Of a stretch of DNA of 64,000 nucleotides, positions 30,253-41,544 are shown piece after piece. Position 1 is the first letter of the stretch. Each line of letters opens with the position of its first letter. The position numbers were made by a program, and so were the translations under genes. This stretch comes from an uncultured Chlamydiae bacterium (GTDB lineage: Bacteria; Chlamydiota; Chlamydiia; Chlamydiales; Parachlamydiaceae). The DNA lies in NCBI GenBank assembly GCA_963754655.1, contig CAVWGN010000001.1:2304001-2368000 (forward strand). The letters run 5' to 3'. The notes beneath the pieces were generated by a model. That model searched no databases. It was not told where the DNA came from and saw nothing but the letters and a program-made list of their open reading frames with translations.

Positions 30253-32817
30253 ATGAATATTCAAAGTTCGAGTCTTCCTTTATATACAGGTATTGGATAC
30301 AAGCGAAACTCCACTTGTATTCAACCTTTCCAACCTCCTCGCAAACGAATCAAACAAGAGATTAACCCTCAGAACAGCTCCTCTACTTTTCCATTTTGGC
30401 AAGAATTATCAAACTATAAGGACATTATTCTAAAGATTGGTTCCTATCTTAGAATTAAAGACTTACTTCATCTAGAAGCTACTCATCAAGCACAAAGCAA
30501 TTATACTAAGGATTTTTGGACTCAAAAGAGAAAGGATTCTGTACCTAATTGGGCCATGTGTGAAAAAGAGCCCCATCAAGATAAATGGGACGTCTGTTTA
30601 AATTCAGCACTTAAACGCTCTGTCAAAGAATTAGCAGCAAATTCCGCAGGGATTAATGTGTCATTAGCTCAAAATATCTTTCTTTACTCTCAAGGACTTT
30701 TCAAAAGATTTCCCTTGTATGGATGTTATGTTAAAAGCGAAATAGCTAAATTAGCTAGTAGCTCCCCTAATATCTTAAATGAATTAAAATCACAAAAAGA
30801 TGAAATTTACCAGTTAGCTTTACAAAAAAAGGGAGGAGAATTAATTCTTCAAACTCTTTTTGAAATCCATAATTATCTTCTTCAATCCAATGCACGATCC
30901 TATCACTTAATTAGCCAATATGCAACCGAGGCAATTAATCAAAAAGCTTATTGCATTAGTCTATTTGCTTTAAAACTATTCTATCAAAAAATTGCACATG
31001 CAAATTTAAATAATGATCAACGAATTCTATTAGAAAATTTAAGTCTACAGGCTGCTAAAAAAGGATATTTTTTGGCGTTAGATCTTTTGCTCTCTCACTA
31101 TTCTCCGGCAGACGTCCAAAAGTTAATTGATCAAGGCTTGTGTTATGCTCCAGTGCTAGCCCAGCAGGCTGTTCAGTTTTTCTCTACACAGCAATGGGGA
31201 AAAGCGGACGCGCTTTTAGTGGAGGCCATCGCTAAATATGGGAATAAAGTTCCAGCTAAGGTTTTAGATAATGCAGCTTACATTAAAATGCGATTGAAGC
31301 AATATTCTGAAGCAGATGCTCTCTATGCCCAAGCAATTGTCAAGTATGGGCCTCAAGTTCCAGCTCTTGTTCTAGACAATGCCGCTTTCGTTAAAATAGA
31401 ATTGAAGCAATATTCTGAAGCAGATGCTCTCTATTACCAAGCTATTGCCAAGTATGAACCTCAAGTTCCAGCTCTTGTTCTAGATCAGGCAGCTTACATT
31501 AAAATGCAATTGAAGCAAGATTCTGAAGCAGATGCTCTCTATGCCCAAGCAATTGTCAAGTATGGGCCTCAAGTTCCAGCTTATGTTCTAAAATATTCCG
31601 CTTTCGTTAAAAAAAAATTGAAGCAATATTCTGAAGCAGATGCACTTTATACCCAAGCAATTGCCAAGTATGGGCCTCAAGTTCCAGCTTATATTCTAGA
31701 CAATGCCGCTTTCGTTAAAACAGAATTGAAGCAATATCCTGAAGCAGATGCTCTCTATGCCCAAGCTATTGCCAAGTATGAACCTCAAGTTCCAGCTAAT
31801 GTTCTAGCCAATTCCGCTTTCGTTAAAAAAGAATTGAAGCAATATCCTGAAGCAGATGATCTCTATGCCCGAGCAATTGCCAAGGATGAACCTCAAGTTC
31901 CAGCTAATGTTCTAGCCGATTCCGCTTTCGTTAAAAAAGAATTGAAGCAATATCCTGAAGCAGATGATCTCTATGCCCGAGCAATTGCCAAGGATGAACC
32001 TCAAGTTCCAGCTAATGTTCTAGCCGATTCCGCTTTCGTTAAAAAAGAATTGAAGCAATATCCTGAAGCAGATGATCTCTATGCCCGAGCAATTGCCAAG
32101 GATGAATCTCAAGTTCCAGCTGATGTTCTAGATCAGGCAGCTTACATTAAAATGCAATTGAAGCAATATTCTGAAGCAGATGCTCTCTATGCCCAAGCTA
32201 TTGCCAAGTATGGGGAACAAGTTCCAGCTTATATTCTAGCCAATTCCGCTTTCGTTAAAAAAGAATTTAAGCAATACCCTGAAGCAGATGCTCTCTATGC
32301 TCAAGCAATTGCCAAGTATGGGCCTCAAGTTCCAGCTTCTGTTCTAGTCCTGTCCGCTTCCGTTAAAAAAGAATTGAAGCAATACCCTGAAGCAGATGCT
32401 CTCTATGCCCAAGCTATTGCCAAGTATGGGGAACAAGTTCCAGCTTATATTCTAGCCCAGTCCGCTTTCGTTAAAAAAGAATTGAAGCAATACCCTGAAG
32501 CAGATGCTCTCTGTGCCCAAGCAATTGCCAAGTATGGGCCTCAAGTTCCAGCTTCTGTTCTAGTCCTGTCCGCTTCCGTTAAAAAAGAATTGAAGCAATA
32601 CCCTGAAGCAGATGCTCTCTGTGCCCAAGCAATTGCCAAGCTTGGACCGCAAGTTCCAGCTTATATTCTAGCCAATTCCGCTTTCGTTAAACAAGAATTG
32701 AAGCAATACCCTGAAGCAGATGCACTTTATGCCCAAGCAATCGCCAAGTATGGGGACCAAGTTCCAGCTTATGTTTTAGAGGCTGCAGCTCAAGTTAAAC
32801 TTCAATTAAAAGAATAA
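30253..32817 (+). CDS. Array paralog 4, 14 repeats
   Basis: Same architecture; exact 108-bp periodicity at 31811-32106. Confidence 0.9.
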   Translation: MNIQSSSLPLYTGIGYKRNSTCIQPFQPPRKRIKQEINPQNSSSTFPFWQELSNYKDIILKIGSYLRIKDLLHLEATHQAQSNYTKDFWTQKRKDSVPNWAMCEKEPHQDKWDVCLNSALKRSVKELAANSAGINVSLAQNIFLYSQGLFKRFPLYGCYVKSEIAKLASSSPNILNELKSQKDEIYQLALQKKGGELILQTLFEIHNYLLQSNARSYHLISQYATEAINQKAYCISLFALKLFYQKIAHANLNNDQRILLENLSLQAAKKGYFLALDLLLSHYSPADVQKLIDQGLCYAPVLAQQAVQFFSTQQWGKADALLVEAIAKYGNKVPAKVLDNAAYIKMRLKQYSEADALYAQAIVKYGPQVPALVLDNAAFVKIELKQYSEADALYYQAIAKYEPQVPALVLDQAAYIKMQLKQDSEADALYAQAIVKYGPQVPAYVLKYSAFVKKKLKQYSEADALYTQAIAKYGPQVPAYILDNAAFVKTELKQYPEADALYAQAIAKYEPQVPANVLANSAFVKKELKQYPEADDLYARAIAKDEPQVPANVLADSAFVKKELKQYPEADDLYARAIAKDEPQVPANVLADSAFVKKELKQYPEADDLYARAIAKDESQVPADVLDQAAYIKMQLKQYSEADALYAQAIAKYGEQVPAYILANSAFVKKEFKQYPEADALYAQAIAKYGPQVPASVLVLSASVKKELKQYPEADALYAQAIAKYGEQVPAYILAQSAFVKKELKQYPEADALCAQAIAKYGPQVPASVLVLSASVKKELKQYPEADALCAQAIAKLGPQVPAYILANSAFVKQELKQYPEADALYAQAIAKYGDQVPAYVLEAAAQVKLQLKE

Positions 32818-33114
32818 CCCAAGAAGATCATCTTGTAATATGACAACCCTTTAGGCCTTAGGCCATACCATTAACAAGCTAAGAGATGGGCTTAGACTAC
32901 GCGGCGACTGAAGCGTCGTGTAGCCTAAACTGAAATTCAAAATGAAGTAGTTATTAAGAAATTTTAATCAAAAGCCCCTGCCATCTTTCAAGCTTAGACT
33001 TAAATCAGTCTCAATGAGCACATACTTGTGTAAATAAGTATTGAATGTATAAATTAAAAACAAAAATAGTTATAATAATTAAAAGATATTTATAATAATT
33101 AAAGATAAATCATA

Positions 33115-34383
33115 ATGAATATTCAAAGTTCGAGCCTTCCTTTATGTACAGGTGTGGGATACAAGCGAAACTCCAATTGTATGCAACCCTTCCAACCTCC
33201 TCGCAAGCGAATCAAACTAGAGACTACCCCTCAGAACATCTCCTCTGCTTTTCCATTTTGGCAAGAATTATCAAACTATAAGGACATTATTCTAAAGATT
33301 GGCTCCTATCTTAGAATTAAAGACTTACTTCATCTAGAAGCTACTCATCAAACACAAGGCAATTATACTAAGGACTTTTGGACTCAAAAGAGAAAGGATT
33401 CTGTCCCTAATTGGGCCATGTGTGAAAAAGAGCCTCATCAAGACAAATGGAACGTCTGTTTAACTTCAGCACTTAAACGCACTGTCAAAGAATTAGCAGC
33501 AAATTCCGTAGAGATTAATGTGCCATTAGCCCAAAACATCTTTCTTTACTCTCAAGGACTTTTCAAAAGATTTCCCTTGTATGGATGTTATGTTAAAAGC
33601 GAAATAACTAAATTAGCTAATAGCTCCCCTAATATCTTAAATGAATTACAATCACAAAGAGATGAAATTTATCAGTTAGCTTTACAAAAAAAGGGAGGAG
33701 AATTAATTCTTCAAACTCTTTTTGAAATACACAATTATCTTTCTCAACCCAATGCACGATCCTATGATTTAATTAGCCAATATGCAACTGAGGCAATTAA
33801 TCAAAAAGCTTATTGCATTAGCCTATTTGCTTTAAAACTATTCTATCAAAAAACTTCACACCCAAATTTAAATAATGATCAACGAAATCTATTAGAAGAT
33901 TTAAGTCTACAGGCTGCTAAAAAAGGATATTTTTTGGCGTTAGATCGTTTGCTATCTTACTATTCTCCGGCAGACGTCCAAAAGTTAATTGATCAAGATT
34001 TGTGTTATGCTCCAGTGCTAGCCAAGCATGCTCTTTCATTTTTCTCTACACAGCAATGGGGACAAGCTGACGCGCTTTTAGTGGAGGCAATCTCTAAATA
34101 TGGGAATAAGGTTCCAGCTTATGTTCTAGTTAATGCCGCTTTAATGAAAATACAATTGAACCAATATTCTGAAGCAGATGCTCTCTATGCTAAAGCAATT
34201 GTCAAGTATGGGGACCAAGTTCCAGCTTATATTCTAGCTAATGCCGCTATAATTAAAACAGAATTGAAGCAATATTCTGAAGCAGATGCACTTTATACCC
34301 AATTAATTGCCCAGTTAGGACCTCAAGTTCCAGCTGATATTTTAGAAGCTGCAGCTCAAGTTAAACTGCAATTAAAAGAATAA
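33115..34383 (+). CDS. Array paralog 5, 2 repeats
   Basis: 422 = 334 + 2x36 + 16; intact terminal half-repeat. Confidence 0.88.
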   Translation: MNIQSSSLPLCTGVGYKRNSNCMQPFQPPRKRIKLETTPQNISSAFPFWQELSNYKDIILKIGSYLRIKDLLHLEATHQTQGNYTKDFWTQKRKDSVPNWAMCEKEPHQDKWNVCLTSALKRTVKELAANSVEINVPLAQNIFLYSQGLFKRFPLYGCYVKSEITKLANSSPNILNELQSQRDEIYQLALQKKGGELILQTLFEIHNYLSQPNARSYDLISQYATEAINQKAYCISLFALKLFYQKTSHPNLNNDQRNLLEDLSLQAAKKGYFLALDRLLSYYSPADVQKLIDQDLCYAPVLAKHALSFFSTQQWGQADALLVEAISKYGNKVPAYVLVNAALMKIQLNQYSEADALYAKAIVKYGDQVPAYILANAAIIKTELKQYSEADALYTQLIAQLGPQVPADILEAAAQVKLQLKE

Positions 34384-34850
34384 CCCGCAAGAGATCATCT
34401 TGTAATATGACGGCCCTTTAGGCCTAAGTACAGAGCTCTCAGCCAATTCAAAAAACTTATCTTTCTGGTCTAGTACTCAACCACATTAGTTTTGTGTATT
34501 TAGACTCTTTAAAGCCCCGGGGTGGGTTGTTCATTTTGTGCAAAAAATGAGCTTTATTTTTCACAATAATTGGCATAATTAAATTGAAGGTCGCATGTTT
34601 ATGCCGTCCTTTCAGGACTCGATGTCTTTTTGATAGAACCCAGGCCTCCGCTTCGCTGCGACCTGGGCTGTAACATGACGGCCCTTCAGGCCTTAACAAA
34701 AGAGATTTAAGTCCCTCTTCTATAGTCCATAAATAGTCCTTTTGTTAAGGCTTAAAGGGCCGGCCCTTCAGGCCTTAACAAGAGATGTTTAAGTCCCTCT
34801 TCTATAGTCCCTAAATCATCTTTTTGTTAAGGCCTGAAGGGCCGTCATGT

Positions 34851-36116
34851 TGTTTAGGTACAATACATAGGTAACACTATTGGACAAGACATAGGTAACA
34901 CTTTTAAATAGGCAATAAAAAGTTTATTTGAGGTGGATTATGCCTTGGGAAAATAGAGGTACTATGTCAATGAAAGAAGAATTTATAAAAAGAGCCTTAA
35001 GTCAAACAGTGAATTTTAGTCAATTATGCCAAGAATTTAAAATTAGTAGAAAGACAGGTTATAAATGGCTTAATCGCTACACTGAAGAAGGAATATTAGG
35101 TCTAGTGGAACATTCCAAGAGACCGATTGTTTGCCCAGATCAAACATCGAATGAGATGGTTGATCTAATTCTTGAGATTCAAAAGCAATATCCTGCTTGG
35201 GGAGGAAGAAAATTAAGACAAGTCCTCATCAATCAAGGACATCAGGATTTGCCTTGTGAAAAGACATTCAATCGTCTGCTTAGTAAGCATAGAGAAATTT
35301 ACATCCAAAAACCAGTCAAAGCTTTTATAAGATTTGAGCGATCACAACCTAACGAATTATGGCAGATGGATTTTAAGGGTCATTTTCAAATTGAAGAAGG
35401 AAGATGCCATCCTTTAACAATTTTAGATGATCATTCACGCTTTTCGATTTGCTTAAAGGCCTGCTTATCAGAAAGTGAGGCTTGCGTTCGACAAGCTTTG
35501 GAAGATTGTTTTCGCCAATACGGCTTGCCGGATGCTATGACTATGGATAATGGCTCTCCTTGGAAAGGAAGCCCTCCTTTTCGTTTGTCAAGGCTGACTG
35601 TTTGGCTTATGAGATTAGGGATCAAGGTTAGTCATTCTAGGCCTTATCATCCTCAGACACAAGGAAAAGATGAACGATTTCACCGGACTTTAAAAGAAGA
35701 GGTTTTAAAATTTTATCAATTTAAAAACTTAGCAGATATTCAGCAGCGCTTTGATGAATGGCGTGAAGTATATAATTGTATTAGGCCACATGATGGTATT
35801 AACTTGCAATGTCCAGCTCAGCGCTATAAACCGAGTCTCAAACTATTTCCTGAAAGGCTTGAGCCTCTTGAATATCCATTCGCTGATGAAATAAGAAAAG
35901 TGGGGGTGTGTGGCACTATATCTTTTAAAGATAAGGCCTATTTCGTGGGTGAGCATTTATCTAAAGAATATGTTGGTTTAGTGGAAAAAGAGGAAGGAAC
36001 TTTTGATGTCTATTTTGCAACAACGAAAATTCAAAGATTAAATTTAAGGAATAATTCATGAAAAAGTGTTACCTATGTCTTGTCCAATAGTGTTACCTTT
36101 CTCTTGTCCTTAAACA
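34851..36116 (+). mobile_element. IS481-family insertion sequence, 1266 bp
   Basis: TGT...ACA ends, ~55-bp imperfect IRs with internal acataggtaacact repeats, CATGT direct repeats at 34846-34850 and 36117-36121. Confidence 0.9.
34940..36061 (+). CDS. IS481-family DDE transposase
   Basis: MPW start, HTH (ISRKTGYKWL), WGGRKL, WQMDFKG, LDDHSRF, DNGSPW, PQTQGKDERFHRT. Confidence 0.93.
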   Translation: MPWENRGTMSMKEEFIKRALSQTVNFSQLCQEFKISRKTGYKWLNRYTEEGILGLVEHSKRPIVCPDQTSNEMVDLILEIQKQYPAWGGRKLRQVLINQGHQDLPCEKTFNRLLSKHREIYIQKPVKAFIRFERSQPNELWQMDFKGHFQIEEGRCHPLTILDDHSRFSICLKACLSESEACVRQALEDCFRQYGLPDAMTMDNGSPWKGSPPFRLSRLTVWLMRLGIKVSHSRPYHPQTQGKDERFHRTLKEEVLKFYQFKNLADIQQRFDEWREVYNCIRPHDGINLQCPAQRYKPSLKLFPERLEPLEYPFADEIRKVGVCGTISFKDKAYFVGEHLSKEYVGLVEKEEGTFDVYFATTKIQRLNLRNNS

Positions 36117-36152
36117 CATGTTACAGCCCAGGTCGCAGCGAAGCGGAGGCCT

Positions 36153-38030
36153 GGGTTGGGATGAGAAAACAAAAAAATATTTAACAACTAATTATTAGAA
36201 CGCTTTTCCTCCTATTTTAAATTCGCTTGGCTTTTTAAAAAGAGGCTTTTATAATTGATTGCTCAAAATTAGATGAGGCATAAAATGGATTCAAAAAGCA
36301 CTCAAAAGCATGAGCGTCCTTCAGATATACGTAAACAAGTGAAGCATTACCAGGAAAGTCGTGATGAATGGAAGCAAAGAAACGCAGAAAAAAGAACTAA
36401 GATTCAAGCTCTAATGACTGATAAGAAACGATTAGGAGAAAGGCTACAAAAGGAACAAGATAATATCTTGGCATTAAACAAACAGATAAAATGCCTTCAG
36501 TCGAGATTAGAAGAGGTAGAAGAGAAAAGTAAAATCAAAGACAAGCAAATTGATGAATTAAAAAAAAAGCTTGTGCGATAATTGAGCAAGAAATTAGCAA
36601 CAATCGAAGGGTCGCTCGACATCAATATCCTATATTATTTATATTTTTGTGATTTCACTTGCATTAGCTGCAATAGCATTTAGAGCGATTCAGCGAATTT
36701 TCATCTTCATGCAGAGTTGTAACATTCCAATATTTAAATATTTCAATTTCCAGCCTTCATGGAAAAGCGTCGAATTGTGGTTTTTACGATATGGGCTTTA
36801 CAAGCTTATAAAGGCTAAGAAAAAGGCTTCAGATTGGATTATCCTTGTTGATTTTAAAGTTCAAGCTGGTTACCAAAAGTGCTTAATAGTTCTTGGAGTT
36901 CAATTAAGTACATTACAAAGTAAGTTTGAAAAAAGGGGCAGCTTTGATATTCATCATGAAGATTTCCAACCACTAGCGCTACAACCCATGAATTCATCAA
37001 CTGGTGAAAAAGTTGCGCATGTTTTAGAAGAAATATCGGAAAAAATTGGCCCATTTCTGCAGATAGTGGCAGATCATGGCAGTGATGTAAATAAAGGTGT
37101 AAGACTATATTGCCAAAACCATGAAAAAACAATAAACACCTATGATGTGGTCCATAAACTAGCAATTCTATTAAAAAAGGAACTGGAAAAAGATGATACT
37201 TGGAAACACATAATTCAATTGATTACAGATACAAAACAAAAGACAAAACAGAGTCCAGAGGCTTTTTTGAGCCCTCCCAAACAAAGAGAAAAAGCGCGAT
37301 TCATGAATGCTGATATTTTAATTGATTGGCTACAAGATATTTTAAACCTTCTTCAAATGCAAGAGACGATTCCCCATTTAGATATAAAGAGACGATTCCC
37401 CATTTAGATATAAATAGATTAAAAGATAAAGCTGGTTGGATAGTCGATTTCGAAGAAGTCATTGAAAATATGCTCAGATGACAGAAATCATTCGTTTGGC
37501 AAGGCATTTAGTAAGAACTGAAGGTCTTCATAGACGAAGCTATGCGACTTTTTTTCTTAAAGCAAGACTTCACTTTAGAAGTTTGAAACCAGAAGCACTA
37601 CATTTGGCAAAAGAGATTTTTTATTTTTTGAAACAGGAAGGTAGAGTGCTATCCAAGGGACAGGTGTTAGTGGGAAGCAGCGAAGGAATAGAGTCTTTGA
37701 TAGGAAGACAGAAAATAATAGTAGAGAGAACCAAAGCAACATCTAGTATAACTAAAAGTATCCTAAGTCTTGCAGGAATGGTTGGGAAAAATAATTGTGA
37801 TATCTTACAAGAGGCTTTAGAAACGGTGTCAGTCGAAATGTTGGAGGAATGGGAAGAAACATGGATTGGCAAAACGGATTTAGCAAAACGAAAAGAAGTT
37901 TTGAGTTTGGGCAAAGTAAATTCAGATGTCATTGAACTTACTATAAAATCAAATAAATTGGAGCCAGAACCGTTAGCGATTTTAGCTATGTAAAAATCGG
38001 TTTTTAGCCCTCGTTTTCTCATCCCAGCCC
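36153..38030 (+). mobile_element. Decayed IS-like element, ~1.88 kb, family uncertain
   Basis: 18-bp terminal IR gggttgggatgagaaaac / gttttctcatcccagccc enclosing a coiled-coil ORF and transposase-like fragments. Confidence 0.75.
36273..37993 (+). pseudogene. Fragmented putative DDE transposase (coiled-coil ORF A plus pieces 36649-37407 and 37478-37993)
   Basis: Acidic motifs ILVD, VADHGSD, YDVVH, SSEGIES; frame breaks near 36648, at a 26-bp tandem duplication (37361-37412) and near 37468. Confidence 0.7.
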
Positions 38031-38445
38031 CGGGGCTAGGGTGTTAATTTTGTGCAAAAAAATGAGCTTTATTTTTCACAATAATTGGCATAGTTAAATT
38101 GAAGGTCGCATGTTTATGCCGTCCTTTCAGGACTCGATGTCTTTTTGATAGAACCCAGGCCTCCGCTTCGCTGCGACCTGGGCTGTAACATGACGGCCCT
38201 TCAGGCCTTAACAAAAAGATGATTTAGAGACTATAGAAGAGAGACTTAAACATCTCTTGTTAAGGCCTGAAGGGCCGTCATGTTACAGCCCAGGTCGCAG
38301 CGAAGCGGAGGCCTGGGTTCTATCAAAAAGACATCGAGTCCTGAAAGGACGGCATAAACATGCGACCTTCAATTTAACTATGCCAATTATTGTGAAAAAT
38401 AAAGCTCATTTTTTTGCACAAAATGAACACCCTAGCCCCGGGGCT
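38026..38445. repeat. ~420-bp palindrome with ~190-bp near-perfect arms containing REP-like stems
   Basis: agccccggggctagggtgtt...ggccttaacaa / ttgttaaggcc...caccctagccccggggct; the arm is also present at ~34513-34699. Confidence 0.9.
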
Positions 38446-38786
38446 TTGAAGCAATCTAAATACACAAAACTAGTGTGGTTGAGTACTAGGAATGTGATTT
38501 AAATTATTCTAGATCAAAATGTTTGGATTTGTTATGCTATTTTTTATCTTTGATACTTTTGAGCTTTATTCTTATCTTTCTTGCAAAAACTGGGAAAGAT
38601 ACGAAATCTAAAATAAAATGATTATTAAGAAAGTTTAATCAAAAGACATCTGTCATCTTTCAAGCTTGGACTCAAACCAGTTTCAATGAACATATACTCC
38701 TGTAAACAAGTATTGAATTTATAAATTAAAAGCAAAGATAATTACAATAACTAAAATATAGTTATAATAATTAAAGGTAAATCATA

Positions 38787-41243
38787 ATGAATATTCAAAG
38801 TTCAAGTCGTCCTTTATGTACAGGTGTTGGATACAAGCGAAACTCCACTTGTATTCAACCTTTCCAATCTCCTCGCAAACGAATCAAACAAGAGATTAAC
38901 CCTCGGACAATTTCCTCTACTTTTCCATTTTGGCAAGAATTATCAAACTATAAGGATATTATTCTAAAAATTAGTTCTTATCTTAGAATTAAAGATTTAC
39001 TCCATTTAGAAGCTACTCATAAAGTACAAGGCAATTATACTAAGGACTTTTGGATTCAAAAGAAAAAGGATTCTGTCCCTAATTGGGCAATGTGTGAAAA
39101 AGAGCCTCATCAAGATAAATGGAACGTCTGTTTAACTTCAGCACTTAAACGCTGCGTCAAAGAATTAGCAGCAAATTCCGTAGAGATTAATGTGTCATTA
39201 GCTCAAAATATCTTTCTTTACTCTCAAGGACTTTTCAAAAGATTCCCATTGTATGGATGTTATGTTGAAAGCGAAATAGCTAAATTAGCTAATAGCTCTC
39301 CTAATACCTTAAACAAATTACAATCACAAAAAGATGAAATTTACCAGTTAGCTTTACAAAAAAAGGGAGGAGAATTAATTCTTCAAACTCTTTTTGAAAT
39401 CCATAATTATCTTCTTCAATCCAATGCACGATCCTATCACTTAATTAGCCAATATGCAACCGAGGCAATTAATCAAAAAGCTTATTGCATTAGTCTATTT
39501 GCTTTAAAACTATTCTATCAAAAAATTGCACATGCAAATTTAAATAATGATCAACGAATTCTATTAGAAAATTTAAGTCTACAGGCTGCTAAAAAAGGAT
39601 ATTTTTTGGCGTTAGATCTTTTGCTCTCTCACTATTCTCCGGCAGACGTCCAAAAGTTAATTGATCAAGGCTTGTGTTATGCTCCAGTGCTAGCCCAGCA
39701 GGCTGTTCAGTTTTTCTCTACACAGCAATGGGGAAAAGCGGACGCGCTTTTAGTGGAGGCCATCGCTAAATATGGGAATAAAGTTCCAGCTAAGGTTTTA
39801 GATAATGCAGCTTACATTAAAATGCGATTGAAGCAATATTCTGAAGCAGATGCTCTCTATGCCCAAGCAATTGTCAAGTATGGGCCTCAAGTTCCAGCTC
39901 TTGTTCTAGACAATGCCGCTTTCGTTAAAATAGAATTGAAGCAATATTCTGAAGCAGATGCTCTCTGTGCCCAAGCAATTGTCAAGTATGGGCCTCAAGT
40001 TCCAGCTTATATTCTAAACAATGCCGCTTTCGTTAAAACAGAATTGAATCAATATTTTGAAGCAGATGCTCTCTATGCCCAAGCTATTGCCAAGTATGGG
40101 CCTCAAGTTCCAGCTTATATTCTAAACAATGCAGCTTTCGTTAAAAAAGAATTGAAGCAATATCCTGAAGCAGATGATCTCTATGCCCAAGCAATTGTCA
40201 AGTATGGGCCTCAAGTTCCAGCTAATGTTCTAGCCAATTCCGCTTTCGTTAAAAAAGAATTGAAGCAATATCCTGAAGCAGATGATCTCTATGCCCGAGC
40301 AATTGCCAAGGATGAATCTCAAGTTCCAGCTGATGTTCTAGATCAGGCAGCTTACATTAAAATGCAATTGAAGCAATATTCTGAAGCAGATGCTCTCTAT
40401 GCCCAAGCAATTGTCAAGTATGGGCCTCAAGTTCCAGTTTATATTCTAAACAATGCCGCTTTCGTTAAAAAACAATTTAAGCAATATTCTGAAGCAGATG
40501 CTCTCTATGCCCAAGCAATTGTCAAGTATGGGCCTCAAGTTCCAGCTTATATTCTAAACAATGCAGCTTTCGTTAAAATAGAATTGAAGCAATATTCTGA
40601 AGGAGATGCTCTCTGTGCCCAAGCAATTGCCAAGTATGGGCCTCAAGTTCCAGCTTCTGTTCTAGTCAAGTCCGCTTTCGTTAAAAAAGAATTGAAGCAA
40701 TACCCTGAAGCGGATGCTCTCTGTGCCCAAGCAATTGCCAAGCTTGGACCGCAAGTTCCAGCTAATGTTCTAGACAATGCCGCTGAAGTTAAAATAGGAT
40801 TGAAGCAATATTTTGAAGCAGATGCTCTCTGTGCCCAAGCAATTGCCAAGTATGGGCCTCAAATTCCAGCTTCTATTCTAGTCAAGTCCGCTTTCGTTAA
40901 AAAAGAATTGAAGCAATATTTTGAAGCAGATGCTCTCTATGCCCAAGCAATTGCCAAGTATGGGCCTCAAGTTCCAGCTTCTGTTCTAGTCCTGTCCGCT
41001 TTCGTTAAAAAAGAATTGAAGCAATATCCTGAAGCAGATGCTCTCTGTGCCCAAGCAATTGCCAAGTATGGGGACCGAGTTCCAGCTAATGTTCTAGCTA
41101 ATGCCGCTATAGTTAAAACAGAATTGAAGCAATACCCTGAAGCAGATGCACTTTATGCCCAAGCAATCGCCAAGTATGGGCATCAAGTTCCAGCTGATGT
41201 TTTAGAGGCTTCAGCTCAAGTTAAACTTCAATTAAAAGAATAA
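38787..41243 (+). CDS. Array paralog 6, 13 repeats
   Basis: 818 = 334 + 13x36 + 16. Confidence 0.9.
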   Translation: MNIQSSSRPLCTGVGYKRNSTCIQPFQSPRKRIKQEINPRTISSTFPFWQELSNYKDIILKISSYLRIKDLLHLEATHKVQGNYTKDFWIQKKKDSVPNWAMCEKEPHQDKWNVCLTSALKRCVKELAANSVEINVSLAQNIFLYSQGLFKRFPLYGCYVESEIAKLANSSPNTLNKLQSQKDEIYQLALQKKGGELILQTLFEIHNYLLQSNARSYHLISQYATEAINQKAYCISLFALKLFYQKIAHANLNNDQRILLENLSLQAAKKGYFLALDLLLSHYSPADVQKLIDQGLCYAPVLAQQAVQFFSTQQWGKADALLVEAIAKYGNKVPAKVLDNAAYIKMRLKQYSEADALYAQAIVKYGPQVPALVLDNAAFVKIELKQYSEADALCAQAIVKYGPQVPAYILNNAAFVKTELNQYFEADALYAQAIAKYGPQVPAYILNNAAFVKKELKQYPEADDLYAQAIVKYGPQVPANVLANSAFVKKELKQYPEADDLYARAIAKDESQVPADVLDQAAYIKMQLKQYSEADALYAQAIVKYGPQVPVYILNNAAFVKKQFKQYSEADALYAQAIVKYGPQVPAYILNNAAFVKIELKQYSEGDALCAQAIAKYGPQVPASVLVKSAFVKKELKQYPEADALCAQAIAKLGPQVPANVLDNAAEVKIGLKQYFEADALCAQAIAKYGPQIPASILVKSAFVKKELKQYFEADALYAQAIAKYGPQVPASVLVLSAFVKKELKQYPEADALCAQAIAKYGDRVPANVLANAAIVKTELKQYPEADALYAQAIAKYGHQVPADVLEASAQVKLQLKE

Positions 41244-41544
41244 CCCACAGAAGATCATTTTGTAATATGACAGCCCTTTAGGCCTTAGGCCATACCATTA
41301 ACAAGCTAAGAGATGGGCTTAGACTACGCGGCGACTGAAGCGTCGTGTAGCCTAAACTGAAATTCAAAATGAAGTAGTTATTAAGAAATTTTAATCAAAA
41401 GACCCCCTTCCATCTTTCAAGTTGGGACTTAAACCAGTCTCAATAAGCACGTACTCGTGTAAACAAGTATTGAATATATTAATTAAAAACAAAGATAGTT
41501 ATAATAACTAAAAGATATTTATAATAAATTAAAGGTAAATCATA

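Larger units (their letters stand above)
34470..38489. mobile_element. Composite nested mobile region bounded by ctagtactcaaccaca inverted repeats
   Basis: Long terminal IR with CTAG at both ends; same terminal sequence as the 17476 element; encloses REP-like palindromes and two IS-type elements. Confidence 0.75.

Noticed and set aside
34457..38502. Near-identical ORFs MLRPEGPSCYSPGRSEAEAW (34457-34699 minus, 38257-38502 plus)
   Set aside because: They are translations of the two inverted arms of the same repeat, with non-ATG starts and no independent coding evidence
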